A model generated the notes under the pieces. It was not told where the DNA came from, made no database searches, and saw nothing but the letters and a program-made list of their open reading frames with translations. The translations under genes and the position numbers were made by a program. A stretch of DNA of 64,000 nt from Octopus bimaculoides (Eukaryota). The DNA is taken from positions 90,039,747 to 90,103,746 of the forward strand of contig NC_068986.1 in the NCBI RefSeq assembly GCF_001194135.2. Direction: 5' to 3'. This document shows positions 1-14,729 of the stretch, in pieces (positions within the stretch are counted from its first letter, which is position 1; every line of letters begins with the position of its first letter).

Positions 1-55
1 TATATATATATATATATATATTTGTGTGTGTGTGTGTGTGTGAGTGCGTATGTTT

Positions 56-262
56 GTGTATCTGTGCTTGCCCTCCCAACATCATTTGACAACTGATGGT
101 GGTGTGTTTACGTCCCCGTAACTTAGCTGTTTGGCATAAGAGACTGATAGAATAAGTACTAGGCATACAAAGAATAAATCCTGGGGTCAATTCGCTCAAA
201 TAAAGGCGGTGCTCCAGTATGGCCGCAGTCAAATGACTGAAACAAGTAGAAGAGTATAAAGT
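56..262 (+). mobile_element. 3' half of a SINE-like repeat that follows TA/TG microsatellites
   Basis: TTGACAAC.GAT..TGGTGTGTTTAC.TCCCCGTAACTTAGC...GATAGAATAAGTAC...CAGCATGGCC...ATGACTGAAACAA recurs near 29260-29400, at 53290-53455 (antisense) and at 56395-56612. Confidence 0.75.
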
Positions 263-699
263 TTTGAGGAGGTTAGCTTTGACAGTTGCATTCCCTCGTG
301 ATCGGTAAAAATGTGCTTATTTTGGTAGTTTTAACTTAAGGAGTCCCTCTAAGCGTGAGGCATATTGTATAGTAATGCCCTTATATAAATTAAATTATAT
401 ATATTTATGGAAAAAAATTATGGTTTTTTTTTTCCTTATGAGGATTTTTCACACTAACTACTTGATAAATTCTTATAAAGTCTTTATCCTAATATTATAT
501 TATGAATATTATTCTGTACAAGCACATGTGCTGAAGTGTAACTTAAAAAGCCCGCCTCTTTCATGGATATATAGGGATGTACAATCGTCTATGTACTGTT
601 GCTGAATACATGGAGTGTTCGTCAGGGTATGTTGATTTTTGTTTATTTTTATGTGTCTTGACCATACATGTACTGATGAATAAAAGATGCAGTTTACTG

Positions 700-917
700 C
701 ATTAATTATATATATACATATATAAATGGATGTACATTTAAAAAAATAAGGAATATTATAAATATATGTATATATATGTGTGTCTATGTATGTATATATA
801 TATATATATGTGTGTGTATACATCTGTATATATATATGTATATATATATATGTGTATATGTATAAATATTTGTGTATATATGTATATCTATATATATATA
901 TTGTGTATGTATATATA

Positions 918-948
<31 letters not shown>

Positions 949-990
949 CTATATGTGTGTGTATTATACATACACACACACACATATAAA
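700..990. repeat. Compound (TA)n/(TG)n microsatellite, representative of many in the window
   Basis: Direct inspection. Similar tracts lie at 1-55, 16805-16852, 20641-21710, 21975-22680, 23480-23560, 24205-24260, 29160-29225, 58350-58590 and 59880-59915. Most N gaps abut such tracts. Confidence 0.95.
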
Positions 991-2816
991 GACTATGGGC
1001 TGGACAACGAGAAAGCTCAAAATGACAAATGAAACTCCATGGGTGAAATATATTCATTAATCTAATGTACAAATACAAATGTGTTACATAATAGCATCAT
1101 TTAATTATAAAACCCGCTCAACTTAACCACACAGAAACATGCATATTCCTCAGTCATTGTTCTACAAAAGCTAGATCCCATACTCAGCCTTTCTTAGTTT
1201 GGTTTTAATTAATATTTGGAGCTACACCCATTCAATGATTTTTTTTTTTTTCAAGGTCTGCAAAAATATTTTAGACTCATACTGGATTATTAATTATGCT
1301 ACCCAAACACAAAGCTTCATCTGAAGTTGAAAACCTGATCAAGACAACCCAAGACTGAGGACCAGTGTACCTTGAAATCAGAAAGACACATACATCTATA
1401 TATTTTCAAGACATATATATATAAAAATTACACTTGTCATAACTATTTACCTACTTCACCCATGAAGGTTTTTGCATTCTTTCTAACAAATAACCAAAAG
1501 ACAGATATTCCTCTCCACACACGCTGTACTGTGAAAGAATATATCCAAACAAAAGTGTGTTTTTATTTATTAGAGTTCATAAAATGTAAAATTACATAAC
1601 AATAGTCCCTTCTGAAAACATGGAAATGGTTGTTAGATAACTGGTCAATTCAAGCAGGGGGAAACTCTTTCACTTTTAAAGAGCTGATAGTGGCCTGTTA
1701 TTTTACAATTGTGCTTTGAAGTATATGAAGTTTAAATAAACATGTCTGTCTATTAATTCATTTAACACTTAACACTGAAAAATGAAAGTCAAGCCTATTT
1801 AAAAGTACTGAAAAACAACATTGACTAAAACTGTAATCAAAGAAATTCTAAGTCTATCAGCCCAAATAATTAAAACAAATGCAATGCTAAGCTATTGGCA
1901 GTTTTGTCTATACACTGTTAAAAAATTTTTTTTTGCTTGTAATTCAGCTGGTTTATATTTTACTCAACTATTTGACTGTCTAAAAAAATGTAAAATTTGT
2001 CTACACAACCACCACCACTCCCAACTATTGTTTTTAAACATTGTATATATAGCAAAATAGCCCTTTTTGTTTTCATTTGTTTGCTTGGCTATTTTTGTGT
2101 TCTAGGAGAAAAAAAATAATGAAACATTGCATTGAACATATATCAGTACAATGGAAGAAAGGATGATGATGAAGGTAATGATAATGACAATGATGGAAGT
2201 AGATTGAATTATCAATGAAGATTAATTTTTGATCCTACTTAAAGTATGAATAGAAGTGTTTCATCATAGATGCTGATTTATTACCATGACTTTCTAAAAT
2301 TTTTATTCTAATAGCAGTTTTTTAAGTAAAAAAAAAAAAACTATATAAAAAATTAGATTAACTGAATATAACACTGGTTTTGACNNNNNNNNNNATGAAA
2401 TTAAAACTAAGAAAAAAAAACGAAGTTTGTTTTTAAAAATAAAAACTGAAAGGTGCAGAAATATAAATGAATGAATTGTAGACAATATTAAGCATAAAAA
2501 CAATAAACAGGGCAGCTGTATTTTTCTATTTTCAAATATCAGGTATAATTCTGAATGGTGGCCAGCTAGGGAAAAGATTATAGTCATCATCATATTTAAA
2601 CATAGTCATTAGCAAAATATAATTTCGCTTGGTGGTTTATAGCAAGTGGAAGAACAATACTTAAAAACAACAACAATACTTAAAAACTGCAATTCTTAAG
2701 GCAGAAGATTGTCACAACCTGTACCCTTCATTCTGTTCGATGTTTTATTTTCTGATGCTTAGAAGGGTCTATCCAAACCAAAATAATAGCTATACTAACT
2801 ACCTAAAATTATAGGA

Positions 2817-5188
2817 TATAGTATTTGGCCTCAGAGCTTTCCCAGCTCCAAACCTCTGTGGTTAATATTCATTGTCCCACCACTGGAGAAAATGTACAGA
2901 TCCTCACAACAAATCCTTATTCCTGCCAATAAAATAGGTCTACAAGTCATTTAAATTAATAATTATATCCTCTTAACCCTGCCTCTATTTTTCTCAGTCC
3001 ATCATTAACATTGGATTTACCAAATGACCTATAACTTTACCTTCATTTCTGTAATCACAAAGTCAGGAAAGAGAAAGGCATTCCTAAAGCAGGAACCTGG
3101 CCCAAATACTTGCAAAGAGTGAACTATTTAAGTCACCAACAACTAAGTGATGTCTCACCAAAAATAGGGTATCTGCAGACAATTACCCTTTATGGACTGA
3201 ACTGAAACTGCACCATAACTAAACTAACTCTGGCCTACACCAGCTTCACTATTGTATTCATTATCTATAAATTTCCATAGTTTTCCTTCTCTTTTACCAA
3301 TCCAACATAGGAAGCAGCAATACTACAACTAGTATCAACAACAACACCTTCTTCCACAATCTAACTGAATCACTGAAAACAACAATTTAACTTGAAGCTT
3401 ATGCATATCAGCAACTAGTCCTGAAAAAAAATTCATGTCTTAAGTTTCTCTCTCAGCATATTACAACTGATACCTACATATGGTCCTTGTGGGTTTTACT
3501 GATGGTAGATGCTCTCTATCCTTTCATACTCCTTGTTCAACAACTTCTCATAGGGATATTTCCAAAACCTCTTTTATTTTTACCCATATCATTGTTTGTA
3601 TAACTACTTAACTTCTGACAAGATGGGCAAGAGTTCACTTTCTAGTAACAGCGATTAGATGGTTCCAGCCATACACACATCTTGGTATGAATATAAAACA
3701 GACTAATACTGCAGAGATGTTATTGCACACAACATAATGTACAGATATACAACATATACTATAACAGTCTCAAAAGTAATCCCTAGTTTGGATAAGGAAA
3801 TCGAAGGAAAACAGTTAATAGTTGATAATTAACCAATTGTAAACATCAATTAAGTCATTAATTGACCAGTATCCAATGTATCCTTATTTAATCAATATCT
3901 AATTTAAATATTGACAGTACCTCATGTTTTCAGAGAAACAATTGCAACGTGGGACAGTTTCAATGGGATAAGAGTTAATTGGCTCAAAGTTTCAAGCTAA
4001 GAAATAAGAGGATTACAATAATTTTTGTTCATTTATTGTTTGTAATGGGTAAAAATTGTTTAAAGGGTAAAAGGGATCAGAAAACCTAGAGTGTTGCAAA
4101 TCCTTCACAAGATTACTACTCTGTCATGATCTGAGCAGGGAGATTCTCAAATGCGGCACATTCCAAAAGATGTATAACTGAACAGATTACAAGGCATTTA
4201 TTTCGGAAATGGCTTACTCACTCGATGAGGATCCTTTGCTGCCATATCGGTTGCCTACACAGATGGTAAAGTGGACAGATATGAATTCCATAAGACAAGA
4301 CCATAGAACTGGCTTTCAGACAGTACATTGTTGGAATAACAACATACAAAAAAAATCATTCATAAACAAAACAGAGAAAAAGCGCAAGAGTAAGTCTTGT
4401 GATATTGGAAAATTCCCTGTAATAGAGAGTTTAACAAATTGAAAGCATTATAAGCAGCTGAGTATAGCAAATAGCTAAGAATATTTTTCTCCAAGAAAGA
4501 GAATTGTTTCTTCCAAGCTCATTCCATATTACTTCTTTTAGCCACAAGTATACCAAAAATACCCAAACTCATTATTCCAGTAAGTTTTACCAAACTTTAA
4601 AGGTCATTTATGACGACTTTTGCAGTGCTCTCATCAAACAGCATAAGTTGAACTGTAAGTCTAATTTGAAAGTATTCCAAAGTCATGAAGCCCACATAAT
4701 ATTAGTGATTCATTTCATTTACATAATGATGATGTAAAAATATGATTAATAAATATTAATACACCATTAAAATAATACATCTAAGAATCTCTTAACTGAC
4801 AATTATTCCTCACACATCTTTTTCAAAACAAGTTTCAGCGAATTCACATGAGACCATGTAAAAAAAAATGTTGATTATCTTATAGAAAAGAAAATGTAAG
4901 ATATAACAAACATCATTAATGAGAAATGTAGTCCAAACCTTGTGCATAGGAAACTACTGATGTAACACTAGAAGCTATGCGGAAAAATAATAGGGTATAG
5001 TATTTGGCCTCAGAGCTTTCCCAGCTCCAAACCTCTGTGGTTAATATTCATTGTCCCACCACTGGAGAAAATGTACAGATCCTCACAACAAATCCTTATT
5101 CCTGCCAATAAAATAGGTCTACAAGTCATTTAAATTAATAATTATATCCTCTTAACCCTGCCTCTATTTTTCTCAGTCCATCATTAAC
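2817..5188 (+). repeat. Identical 193-bp direct repeat (2817-3009 and 4996-5188)
   Basis: Base-by-base identity from TATAGTATTTGGCCTCAGAG to CAGTCCATCATTAAC. Confidence 0.9.
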
Positions 5189-7529
5189 TGCAACTACACT
5201 AAAATTCAAAACTCTTATAGCTGGAAAGCATCTTGAATTTTATGCAATACTACAAATTTCATTCTGACAACTAATAATCTACAAGTGAATATCTCTCACA
5301 AATGAACTTTACCAATAACTTGAAAACACAATTATTTTCAGTAACAGCAAAAATATTTTGGTAAACATTAAAATTAAAGTCTATTTAATAAATTATACAG
5401 AAACTGATCTAAAATGCCCAAATCAGTTGACAAGTTATGTAACAATGTTGTAATTTAATTGCACTTTCCAACTATCTGGAAATATTAGCTACAATACATC
5501 ATAAGGACAACTATTTTATCTAATGCCAAATAAATAAGGAGCAATTAATTAATCTGGAATTTTACTTTTTATTTGACACATTAAGGTTTAATGGGATAAC
5601 AATATTTATATCTACAATTTATAAACCAACTAGCAACTTTATGAAGATCTACTAACCAACAATCTATAAACAGAGATTATAAATTAACCAGTGTCTCATA
5701 TCCGATACAGGCTTGTTTCTTACCAATCCACTGTATATCACAAGAGCAATGAGAGTAAGAGAATTGTTCCTTAATGAGATTACCAAGAATTTGTACATTG
5801 CACTAAGACTGAATTAGTAACAAGACTTATTTACCATTTTTGAAGACAATCCAAGCTTATTTGGATTCCCAAAAATATAGAAACAAAAGGACCCACAATA
5901 TTCCTTAGACTAGAATATAACATGAACAAGTGTATCTCAATAAATTCCCTGAACATTTTATTCATTTACCTGCAAACCACAACTAATCACAAGCAGAAAT
6001 TAAAAGTTCTTCTGACAATTTTTGAAGGATGACAACAAAAATCAATCCATTCAGTTTATTCTTTACAGAGAACAATCAGAAGCTATGGAGGTAATGTCAT
6101 TTTATAGTTACAACCAGCTTAGTTTATAAAAAACATTTTTATTGTGTATTTCACCTTATTTAGGTTGCAATACTATCATCTGGAATGAAACTGAGGAATT
6201 GCAACACAAGCATGCACAAATGAATTTTGTCTTTTACACTGCACAGAACAGATCAGTTTTTAAGAAATAGAAATAAAATACTTGTATTTTTCAGGATAGT
6301 TAAAGCAGAATTCCTAGTAGATAAATTCTGATATTTCACTCAAATTGGAATAGATAGGAAGCACCAATAAAAAAAGATTTAAATCATGAACACATTTCTC
6401 TTTTAAATAATGGATCTTTATCTTTTTTTTCTTTTTGTCAATTTATAAAGACTGAATTAAAAGGACATAAAAATAAGGAAAAGTTGGCTATAATAGAAAT
6501 GTGTACACTAAAATAATCCAAGAGTGCATGCATGTGTATGAGAGTGTGAATGCAATATGAGTCTGAAGAAGATATGTTCAGAAACCAAATATGATGAAAT
6601 TAATATACAAAACAATGTGTAGTTAAAACAAAAAGTGTCAGAAAACAAAGTTAAAATTCTCAAATCTTTTACAAATTTCTAATTATATAACCTGCAACAT
6701 AAGGAATAAGGAGATTGCCCTGAATTTATATAAATGAAATAAGTCCTGTGAGTATGCACATACTTGCTTCACACAGTGAAAACCCATGACCAAAATTTAG
6801 TTATCAGGAATAAGATTGGTTATGGACAGCAATAGGATAGGTTTATAACCAATGAATGCACCACCTGATATTGATTTCATTGTATCTAATTAAAATAGAT
6901 ATACTTATTCACAAGAAAATACCATCTTGCCAGGATGTTTTGTATGTAAATTGACATTGATTTCTCAAAATATCAAATTTGAATAAATGTCAGGCTAATT
7001 AGATTTTTATTTTTCAATTTCTAGTGAAAAACAAATTAGTAAGAGGGTTCAATGAAAATTAAAAGCATCAGATCTGGGACAATAATATGTACAATAAAAT
7101 GTACAGCTAATATAGAGAAAAGAAAATCAAGCCACATATTAAAATATGAATGAATACAGACTAAATATATATATATATATATATATGCACATACACACAC
7201 ATACTTATTCAATCACAAAACAATTTCTGTTTCTGGTAGTCAGGTGTACATAGAAATTTATGATACCTTCATCAGTTGCTTACCGTTATGCATACAACTA
7301 TAGTAAAGAGAGCAATGATAGGTGGAAACAGTTGAAATAGGAATACTTTCAATTCATTGTGCAAATAACATTGCTTAAATCTTTAAAATCAATATTAAAA
7401 GCACAATTTAAAATCATGTTGCCATAAGTTTTCAGTACAGATGATTACCAAAAAAAGAAAAAACAAAAATTCACATATTTGTGGCATTTCCCATATTCTC
7501 ATAGGAGGAAATCATAAACAAAGTCTCAC

Positions 7530-8195
7530 AGCCTAAGCTTTGGAAATTTGAGCCCCATCAAATATAATTCTTGATCTTGGCTGTCTATGACAATCTACCA
7601 AGCCTATCCAATTTCTTCTCCTAAAGGAATGTGGAATCACCAGCATGCACTCTGTGCCTGAGTAAAATGGCTCAAGAGCACATCCTCAGATGCTATTCAA
7701 AAGCCCTGAGTAAGGAGAGCTACTGCTGGCACCATAACCAATCACCAACTACAATAAGACAAGTCATTATAAACATCTCTACTCAATGAAGTATACCATC
7801 AATTTTGTTTGGAATGAAGCTAAATTCACTGGGAAGCAAAAGGTGGCTATAGAAAGTAATTGAAGTTCCCAGAAACTACCTCCACATCACCAAATGTGGC
7901 GCTGATCTCAGAAGCACTCAAGCAGGTCATCCGATAAGAACTCTTGTTTATTGAGAGGGTCATACTAACAAAGTCAATGAGGAGGAAGGTAGATAATGAA
8001 CTGGTGGAAGAATACCAAAGCAACAAACGGAAAGTAAGGTGTGAGCTCACTGAGATGGGATACAGAGGTTTCACAGGTCAGACTTTTTGTAGGGAGTACA
8101 AAGTAATAGGTTTCACAATAGCCAGTAGGCAAAGAGCCATCATGTTATCCACCTAAGCAGCGAAAGTTGCTTCAAAGAGGATGTGAATCAAGAGG
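7530..8195 (+). mobile_element. Decayed HERO-clade non-LTR retrotransposon, 3' zinc knuckle and restriction-like endonuclease
   Basis: Conceptual translation gives WKFEPHQI*FLILAVYDNLPS...ESPACTLCLSKMAQEHILRC...YCWHHNQ and ELVEEYQSNKRKVRCELTEMGYRGFTGQTFCR...AAKVASKRM*IKR. This matches the HERO C-terminal pattern; there are several stops. Confidence 0.8.
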
Positions 8196-11100
8196 TGTCA
8201 TCATTGAAAGATAGGATGGACTTCACAACTGATGAGGTGTCCAGGTGCATCACAAGTTGATGCATGTAAAAACTACATGATGAGGTCTTCATCACATTCC
8301 TGTTAACTGTACTCTAAACACAACATAAAAACAAGATAGAAATACTTTCTGAATATATAATTTACACAAAGCCAAAATTGCCTAATAGGAATTTTACTCT
8401 AAGATACTCAGTTGGTCATAAATCTACAACTGTAATGTATTGACATTAGGAGCACATGTAACCGATAGTTAACTGATGAACAGCATTACAATTAAGCTTT
8501 GTAAAATGTACTTTAACGAATATTAGGAACAAAATCAAATTCAGATCAGAGCAGTAAAAGATTTTGATTTCAATTCTTTATATTAATTCCTTGAGATTAA
8601 AAGAGAATTATCTCACCTATATGTCATGTGGCTTCTCAAGCAAGCAGAAAGAATGGGCTTTAGCTTTTCATTTTTTTTTTTTTATAATGGCTTGGAAATT
8701 CAGAATTTTTTTTTTTGTCATTTTATTTCATAAATTTATTTACTCAGCTAAAGAATTGGAAGTATTTAGAAGCAACCTTTATTACAAATTCATTTAGAAG
8801 TCCAAGCTATCATGAAAAAAAAAAGTACTTAAAAAATAGTGGTTGCTTACTTGAAAACCTCATACACAACTGGTAAAATACTAAAAAGAGACCAAATTGA
8901 AACTAAATAAGAGTTTCTGAAGACTAAAGTTATCAGCAAAATGTGATTTTTTTTACTTCTCTTGGAACAAATAAAAGAAATGCAACCAATTCTCAAAACT
9001 AATTTTTAAAAAATTATTTTCATTAATTTATTTTTATTTTCTCTTTGCTTGAAATGGTGTAGTAATTTTCCAAACAAATTAACTTTTATAATTTAAAATT
9101 ATACTGAAACAAAGCCTGAGAAATAATGCAGTTCACTAAAAAAATAAACTTTTTTTTAAAGAATTTAACAATTGCATTTAGAAAATAGAGTAATATAAAA
9201 AAATAGTATACCAAGGGATACGATATTTTCTTGTAAATTTAGTATATTTTAAATCGTTAAAGTAATAAGAAAATCTTCTAAATAAATACACACACACACA
9301 AAGCTATTTCAAAAACATCTAAAAAGAGACAGCTATATCCAGATTCTCAGAGTGACTTAAATATTACGAGAAGGGTACATGAAGTTACTTGCTTATAAGC
9401 CTAAATATTTTTTGGTTTTTTTTCATCTCAAATTAGTACATGTGTGTGCATCTCTAAGTATGTAATATACATGTTAAGGACGTCATTCAAAATGTTTTAT
9501 TTAAATGTACGCTAATGGTTATACATTTTACCGTACAGAAGACAAGGTAAGTTATCCAATAACCTGACCCACAGAATAACAAACAAGACATGGAGTAATA
9601 ACATCAACATTAGCAGAGTTTTACCCAACAATCATGGTTCTGCACTAGTATCTAATCAAGCTTAACTAACTCTTATATCAACTTTAATATTTCCATTCAA
9701 TGAAATAAAACAGCAATTTTTTTTTCTTGGTACACTCATCATTTTATAGTATTTTCAATGAAGATTTACTCCATGATTAATTATTCATTAGGGATTTTGT
9801 AATTAATACACAGACTGCTAAGTTTCAGAAGAATATCGAGCATCAAGAGTATCATAAAACTAAAACTCTTGGGAAAGGCATGAATATCTCATTCCAATTC
9901 CCCTCTTCCAACACATTTTCTCTCTCTATGCACCTCTCTGGAAATTACGTTAACTTCAGTCATTGCTCTCATAGTTTTTGTTTCAAAGACCCCCACCACA
10001 TATCTATCTATATATCTACACACACGCATAATACATATTTGACTTGCTATCAATTATGGAAGATTCTTCTAGAGAAGATTATTTCCTTACAGCCAGATAC
10101 ATCTAACCATTCTTATATTGCCTTGTTCTTTTTAAACTGCTATCCTTTATTTAATGAAATGCTTCATGTTTACAACAATCCTCTAAAATAAAAAATAAAA
10201 ATTTTTAATTTGAAAAACACAGGATTCAAACCTAACTAAAAATTTTTCCAACTGAGTGTAAACATGTGTCTGTACAAACTTTTACACACTCACACAATAC
10301 AAATAAATAAGAAATCTCAATGAGTAATCAACATTTTACTTTTTTAAACAGATTTATTCCCACCTCCCTTTTTTTTTTTTTTTGCTATCCATGTCTTCTG
10401 ACATTCTATAAAGTAACAGAGAATGTTCAATGATTTGCATTCCTTCATCAGTGTCTTGCCTATAACCAAAACAATTCTCTTTTGCTCATAACTCCAAACT
10501 GTATATAAACCCCATGAATAAGTGCAGTCATCACTATAAGTAACAAGAGCACTGGTTTGCAAACAAGTGTTTTCTTACTTTGCAGTTCTGAGTTTAAATT
10601 TTACTATAGCGCCCCACTAGACTGTCTTTCTCCATATACTCGTGAATTTGAAGCTTTCACTAAAACCCTGACCCCTTAATGGCTTAGGGAACTGACAAAC
10701 TGTCTTACACAATTCTATAAGAGATTGAAATTAACATCATCCTCGGTTTCTCTTACAAACTGCTATACTTTTTAACTGTATGATACTGTATGAGTAACTG
10801 CTGATACTGCAAGCATCAACAGTTCTTAGGTTGCACACCAGTTACTAAAAGCCACAAAACAGTAAATCCATTCTTAATAACTTTATCATTAATAAGTAAC
10901 TGAAGAGCTTCATTTGATGTATTTAAATCTACATTAATCAAAGCATAAGTTTCACCAAAATAGTTAAACAGTAAAAATACGATTGCTTGGGTTTTCTGAT
11001 GTTAATGTAGAGTTTCAAAAGTATACAAGTGTATCAAGAAGAAAATTTCAAATCACCGGTTTAGACAAATCCAAGCAGGCCTCAAGGTTTCATACAATAA

Positions 11101-12636
11101 ATCTCAGAAAACATAATAAAACTTAATTTTGCTACAAATATCTGTATCTGCCCTTACTCAGCAAGAAAATAAGTTAAATAAAACCGACTGGTTAAAAGGT
11201 TTACAATACTATCATCTCACATGTCTGATGGCAATCAAATGCAACCATACACACACATAATATTGATACATATACAGCATTGATATAAAGTCTCCTCTTT
11301 AATGCCTGAAAATACTTTAAATTTGATAGGATGGTCCTATGGCTACACACATTCATTTATCCTTGATCACATCTAAGAGCGGACCATCTGGATGATTGGC
11401 AAAGGTCCACTCACCAGCCACCACAACTGTAAGTCTACAAGTTTCAGCATCCATGGCACATCTACTTTTCATTATCCTTACTACAGTGCCCCAGCCTGAA
11501 AACCCATTCTAAATCATTTCTCCACAACTCCCTCCTTGCCTATATTTTCCCACAGAACATCATGCTGAACATACATCTACATCAATTTCACCAAGCTAGG
11601 AGGACCTACGAATGTCATGAGTGACACTCTTTCTCGGCTAATTAAATTAGAGAAAAAAAGTCCCACTTCCCCTCTAATAACAGAAAAATACCACAAATGC
11701 CTAAGACAGAATATTTACATCTTAAATTTCCATATTCCAAAAAATTTTTGAATAGAAACATTGGTATGGAAACACCAATGTTCCCTTACACACACAAACA
11801 TACACTCAAAGCTTGAAATTTGAGGCTAATGAATAACATTAAAAGATTTTTTTTTTATGCAAATAAAATGTGTCCCTTCCAGGAAAGAAGTTAAATAGTT
11901 TGAAGGGTTTTTTTAAATTCTTTTTTCCTTTTTATTTTTCAAATTTTTTTTTATATTTCTTTACAATTTTAAACAGACAAGATCGGGAGAAACCATGTAT
12001 GTGATGTGAATAAGAAGAAAAGAGTGGCTGTTATAATAACTCAAATGACGTACAACTCAAGGGTTCTGTCCGTAGTTATTTGAAACAGAGGACATCTGAC
12101 CCAGCTTTGTTAGTAGTTATTATAAGCAAAGTCCAGATAAGGTATACACGCCAAACATTTTATTAACAAAAAGAAAATTCACATTAAAAAAAAATTAAAA
12201 ACATGAGAATTCAAAAATAATTTTTAAAAATACATAAAATTAATTGAAATATTTAAGATTGTTTTCCAGTAAGCATTATATATAAAACTAATAGTAATTA
12301 GAAAACATGTTTTAGAAACTTTGTTCCACATTTTAAACCTTAAAGATCATTTTTTTTTCAATAGCTAAATAAATAAATTAAAAATAGTGCCTTAGTTTTA
12401 CCAAATAAAATACAAAGATCAGTTAAGAAAATGAATTAGCTTTTATGTCACAGTATTTGTTTTACAACAATCAGGAAGAAAAAAAAGGACTTAAAATAAG
12501 AATCTAAACAAAATCAAAATGACTAGACATAAATATTGTAATAACTGACTATTCTAAAACTATGGAAGCATCTAGATAACCACAATTCTAGCTAATATGT
12601 CAAGTAAAAGAGGAAAGAAGAGAGTTTGCAACCAAC

Positions 12637-12758
12637 CTTCACGATCTCCTGTTTCAACACTTGTAGTCTGAGTTTCTTTACTGTATGAGACATTCTCTTT
12701 TGGAGCAATGGTCGTCTCTGAAACCTTGCAGATGGACAACTTTACCTTCGGCCTAGTG
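12637..12758 (-). CDS. DYNC1I: Dynein intermediate chain coding exon 4 (Tctex1/LC8 light-chain binding region)
   Basis: Peptide TRPKVKLSICKVSETTIAPKENVSYSKETQTTSVETGDRE contains the LC8 motif KETQT (human ...PPREIVTYTKETQT). AG/GT boundaries, phase 2 to 1. Confidence 0.93.
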
Positions 12759-14557
12759 CTACAAACCAAAATAAAACCAATTTATGATGCAAGAAGAGTG
12801 ACAGAGCAATGTCAGTATTACAATTGCTGTAAGCCATGCAAAAAATTGTTAGACCTTATATCAAAGAAACAAATGATTTGCATTTGTTTTACACTTAAAA
12901 AAAAAAGTCACCTCCTGGACAAGATGCTAGTCCATTACCAATCAGTGTTTCATTAAATTCTTGATAATTAATTGCCAAATCTAGGTGGATTAAAGCAAGT
13001 AAAATAAATTAACTTGTCTCAAAAACTAAAATGTCTACAATGGATTGAACTAACAACCCATGAATTAGTAGTTCAATAATTGTTTATGCAACTACTTCAT
13101 TTCTAATTTTGTAAATAGTTAGCTTAATATTTGTTTTGATTTTACAGATGATATAATCCTTAATCATACAATATATTTCCCATTATATATACATATACAT
13201 ATATATATATATATATACACACATACACTTGCTGTATCTGGAGAAAGGCACAATACTATTTGCCCCACAGATCATCATCCTAGACAAGCGAGATGCCATT
13301 AAGATGGCATGCTCTTGAACTTTTGCAAGTCAACATCTGTAGAAAAAAACACAAGCAGGAAGAGAATTCCAGATGGCCAATATTCTGGGAAGAAAAGACT
13401 GAGCACAGTAATTAATGTGGAACCTTGGAGGGTTGGACACAACAAGGATGAGGAGAGAAGAGACAAACCTGGAATTATTTTCCTCAAGTAATGGATACGC
13501 TTCCAACAATCATAAACTACTATATTCAAGCTAATTTCAAAGTTATTTTACACTAACTGCACTAACTTTCAGAAACTCTTCGTGATATATGTGTAAGGGA
13601 ATAGTGCTATAAGTTCAAACCATACTCACTTGACATTTGAGTCATTAGCAATAAGGAGTGTACAAGCAACAACATCCTCATCATTGTACATTTGTTTTTC
13701 CTAGCTTATATAGGTAGGACAGATCCTTTCCAATACAATCCTACCATTTGTTGCATTCCTTTATCTCCTTTGTGAAGCTCACCACTTGTGTCTGTATATC
13801 TCTTGATTTTCCTCATCTACAATTTTCTTCCAGCTGGATATTTAGGTACGGCTTTACCCAACCATTATCATCCATACATATTTCTTATTCATACAATAGT
13901 CATCTCTCTTACACATTATATCTAATTCTGTTTATACCCAATTTTTCTCTCAGCTCATCTGTGCCTCATCATCTACGCACATTAACATTACATATCCAGT
14001 AAATTTTGCTTGCTTCATTTCTTTCCAACATTCACACATCCTGGGAAGATGGTAATTTAAAATACACATACTACAGAAAAAAAATTAATAACCAAATAAA
14101 AACTCACCAAACAACTTCAAATTTTTTTTTTTTTTTTTGGTACTTAAAGGGAAAAAAACAGTGATCATAACACTTTTGCAAGAGATCTGAGACCAGGAGA
14201 AAGAGGAGGGGGAAAAAAGACATTAAACAACATTCATGGGTGAACTTCAGCCTTAGTCTAAATGCCTGCAAGAGATTGATCTCCAATAAAGATACTCAAA
14301 AGTGAGGCGGTGAAAAACTGAAAAACGGTTTGCCTCTCAAGAACCAGTATAATCCAGTTAACAAACTTCCAATACAGTTTCTAGTTACTCAATATCAGTA
14401 AGAAACCCTAGGTCAGCACAATATGGAAGAAAAAAAATCACCTTCCCCAAAGTGCTGTCCTGTAGGAGTGAAACTAGAACCACCAATGTTACATTATGTC
14501 CAAATAATAATCTTTTTTATCTTTCTGAAGCTAAAACAATGAAAAGAAAACTCTTAC

Positions 14558-14636
14558 CTTCCTCCAGAAATTACCACATTTGTTTGTTCAGTGTCCTGTA
14601 CTGTGGGGCTTATGCTACCACTTCGACCACTATTCT
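14558..14636 (-). CDS. DYNC1I: Dynein intermediate chain coding exon 3 (serine-rich region)
   Basis: Acceptor ttttcttttag, peptide (E)NSGRSGSISPTVQDTEQTNVVISGG, donor AG|GTAAG. Its phase (1 to 2) exactly bridges exons 2 and 4. Confidence 0.85.
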
Positions 14637-14729
14637 CTAAAAGAAAATTAATACAGAAAATACACCAGATATTAGGCACAGTTTTTGAAAAGGCTGATCA
14701 ATAATAATAATAATAATAATAATAATAGC

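Noticed and set aside
509-1078. Long ORFs rich in Y/I/H/T/C/V here and at 22123-22690, 58351-58772 and elsewhere
   Set aside because: They are translations of TA/TG/CA microsatellites, not genes.
7284-7297. 14-nt micro-exon candidate on the minus strand (strong pyrimidine tract, AG, GTAAGC donor)
   Set aside because: It would shift the frame after the phase-1 end of DYNC1I exon 4, and the peptide has no DIC similarity. Only RNA-seq could rescue it.
9532-9563. 32-nt exon candidate encoding GYWITYLVFCT
   Set aside because: Not frame-preserving, a hydrophobic peptide unlike the disordered DIC region, and mediocre splice sites.
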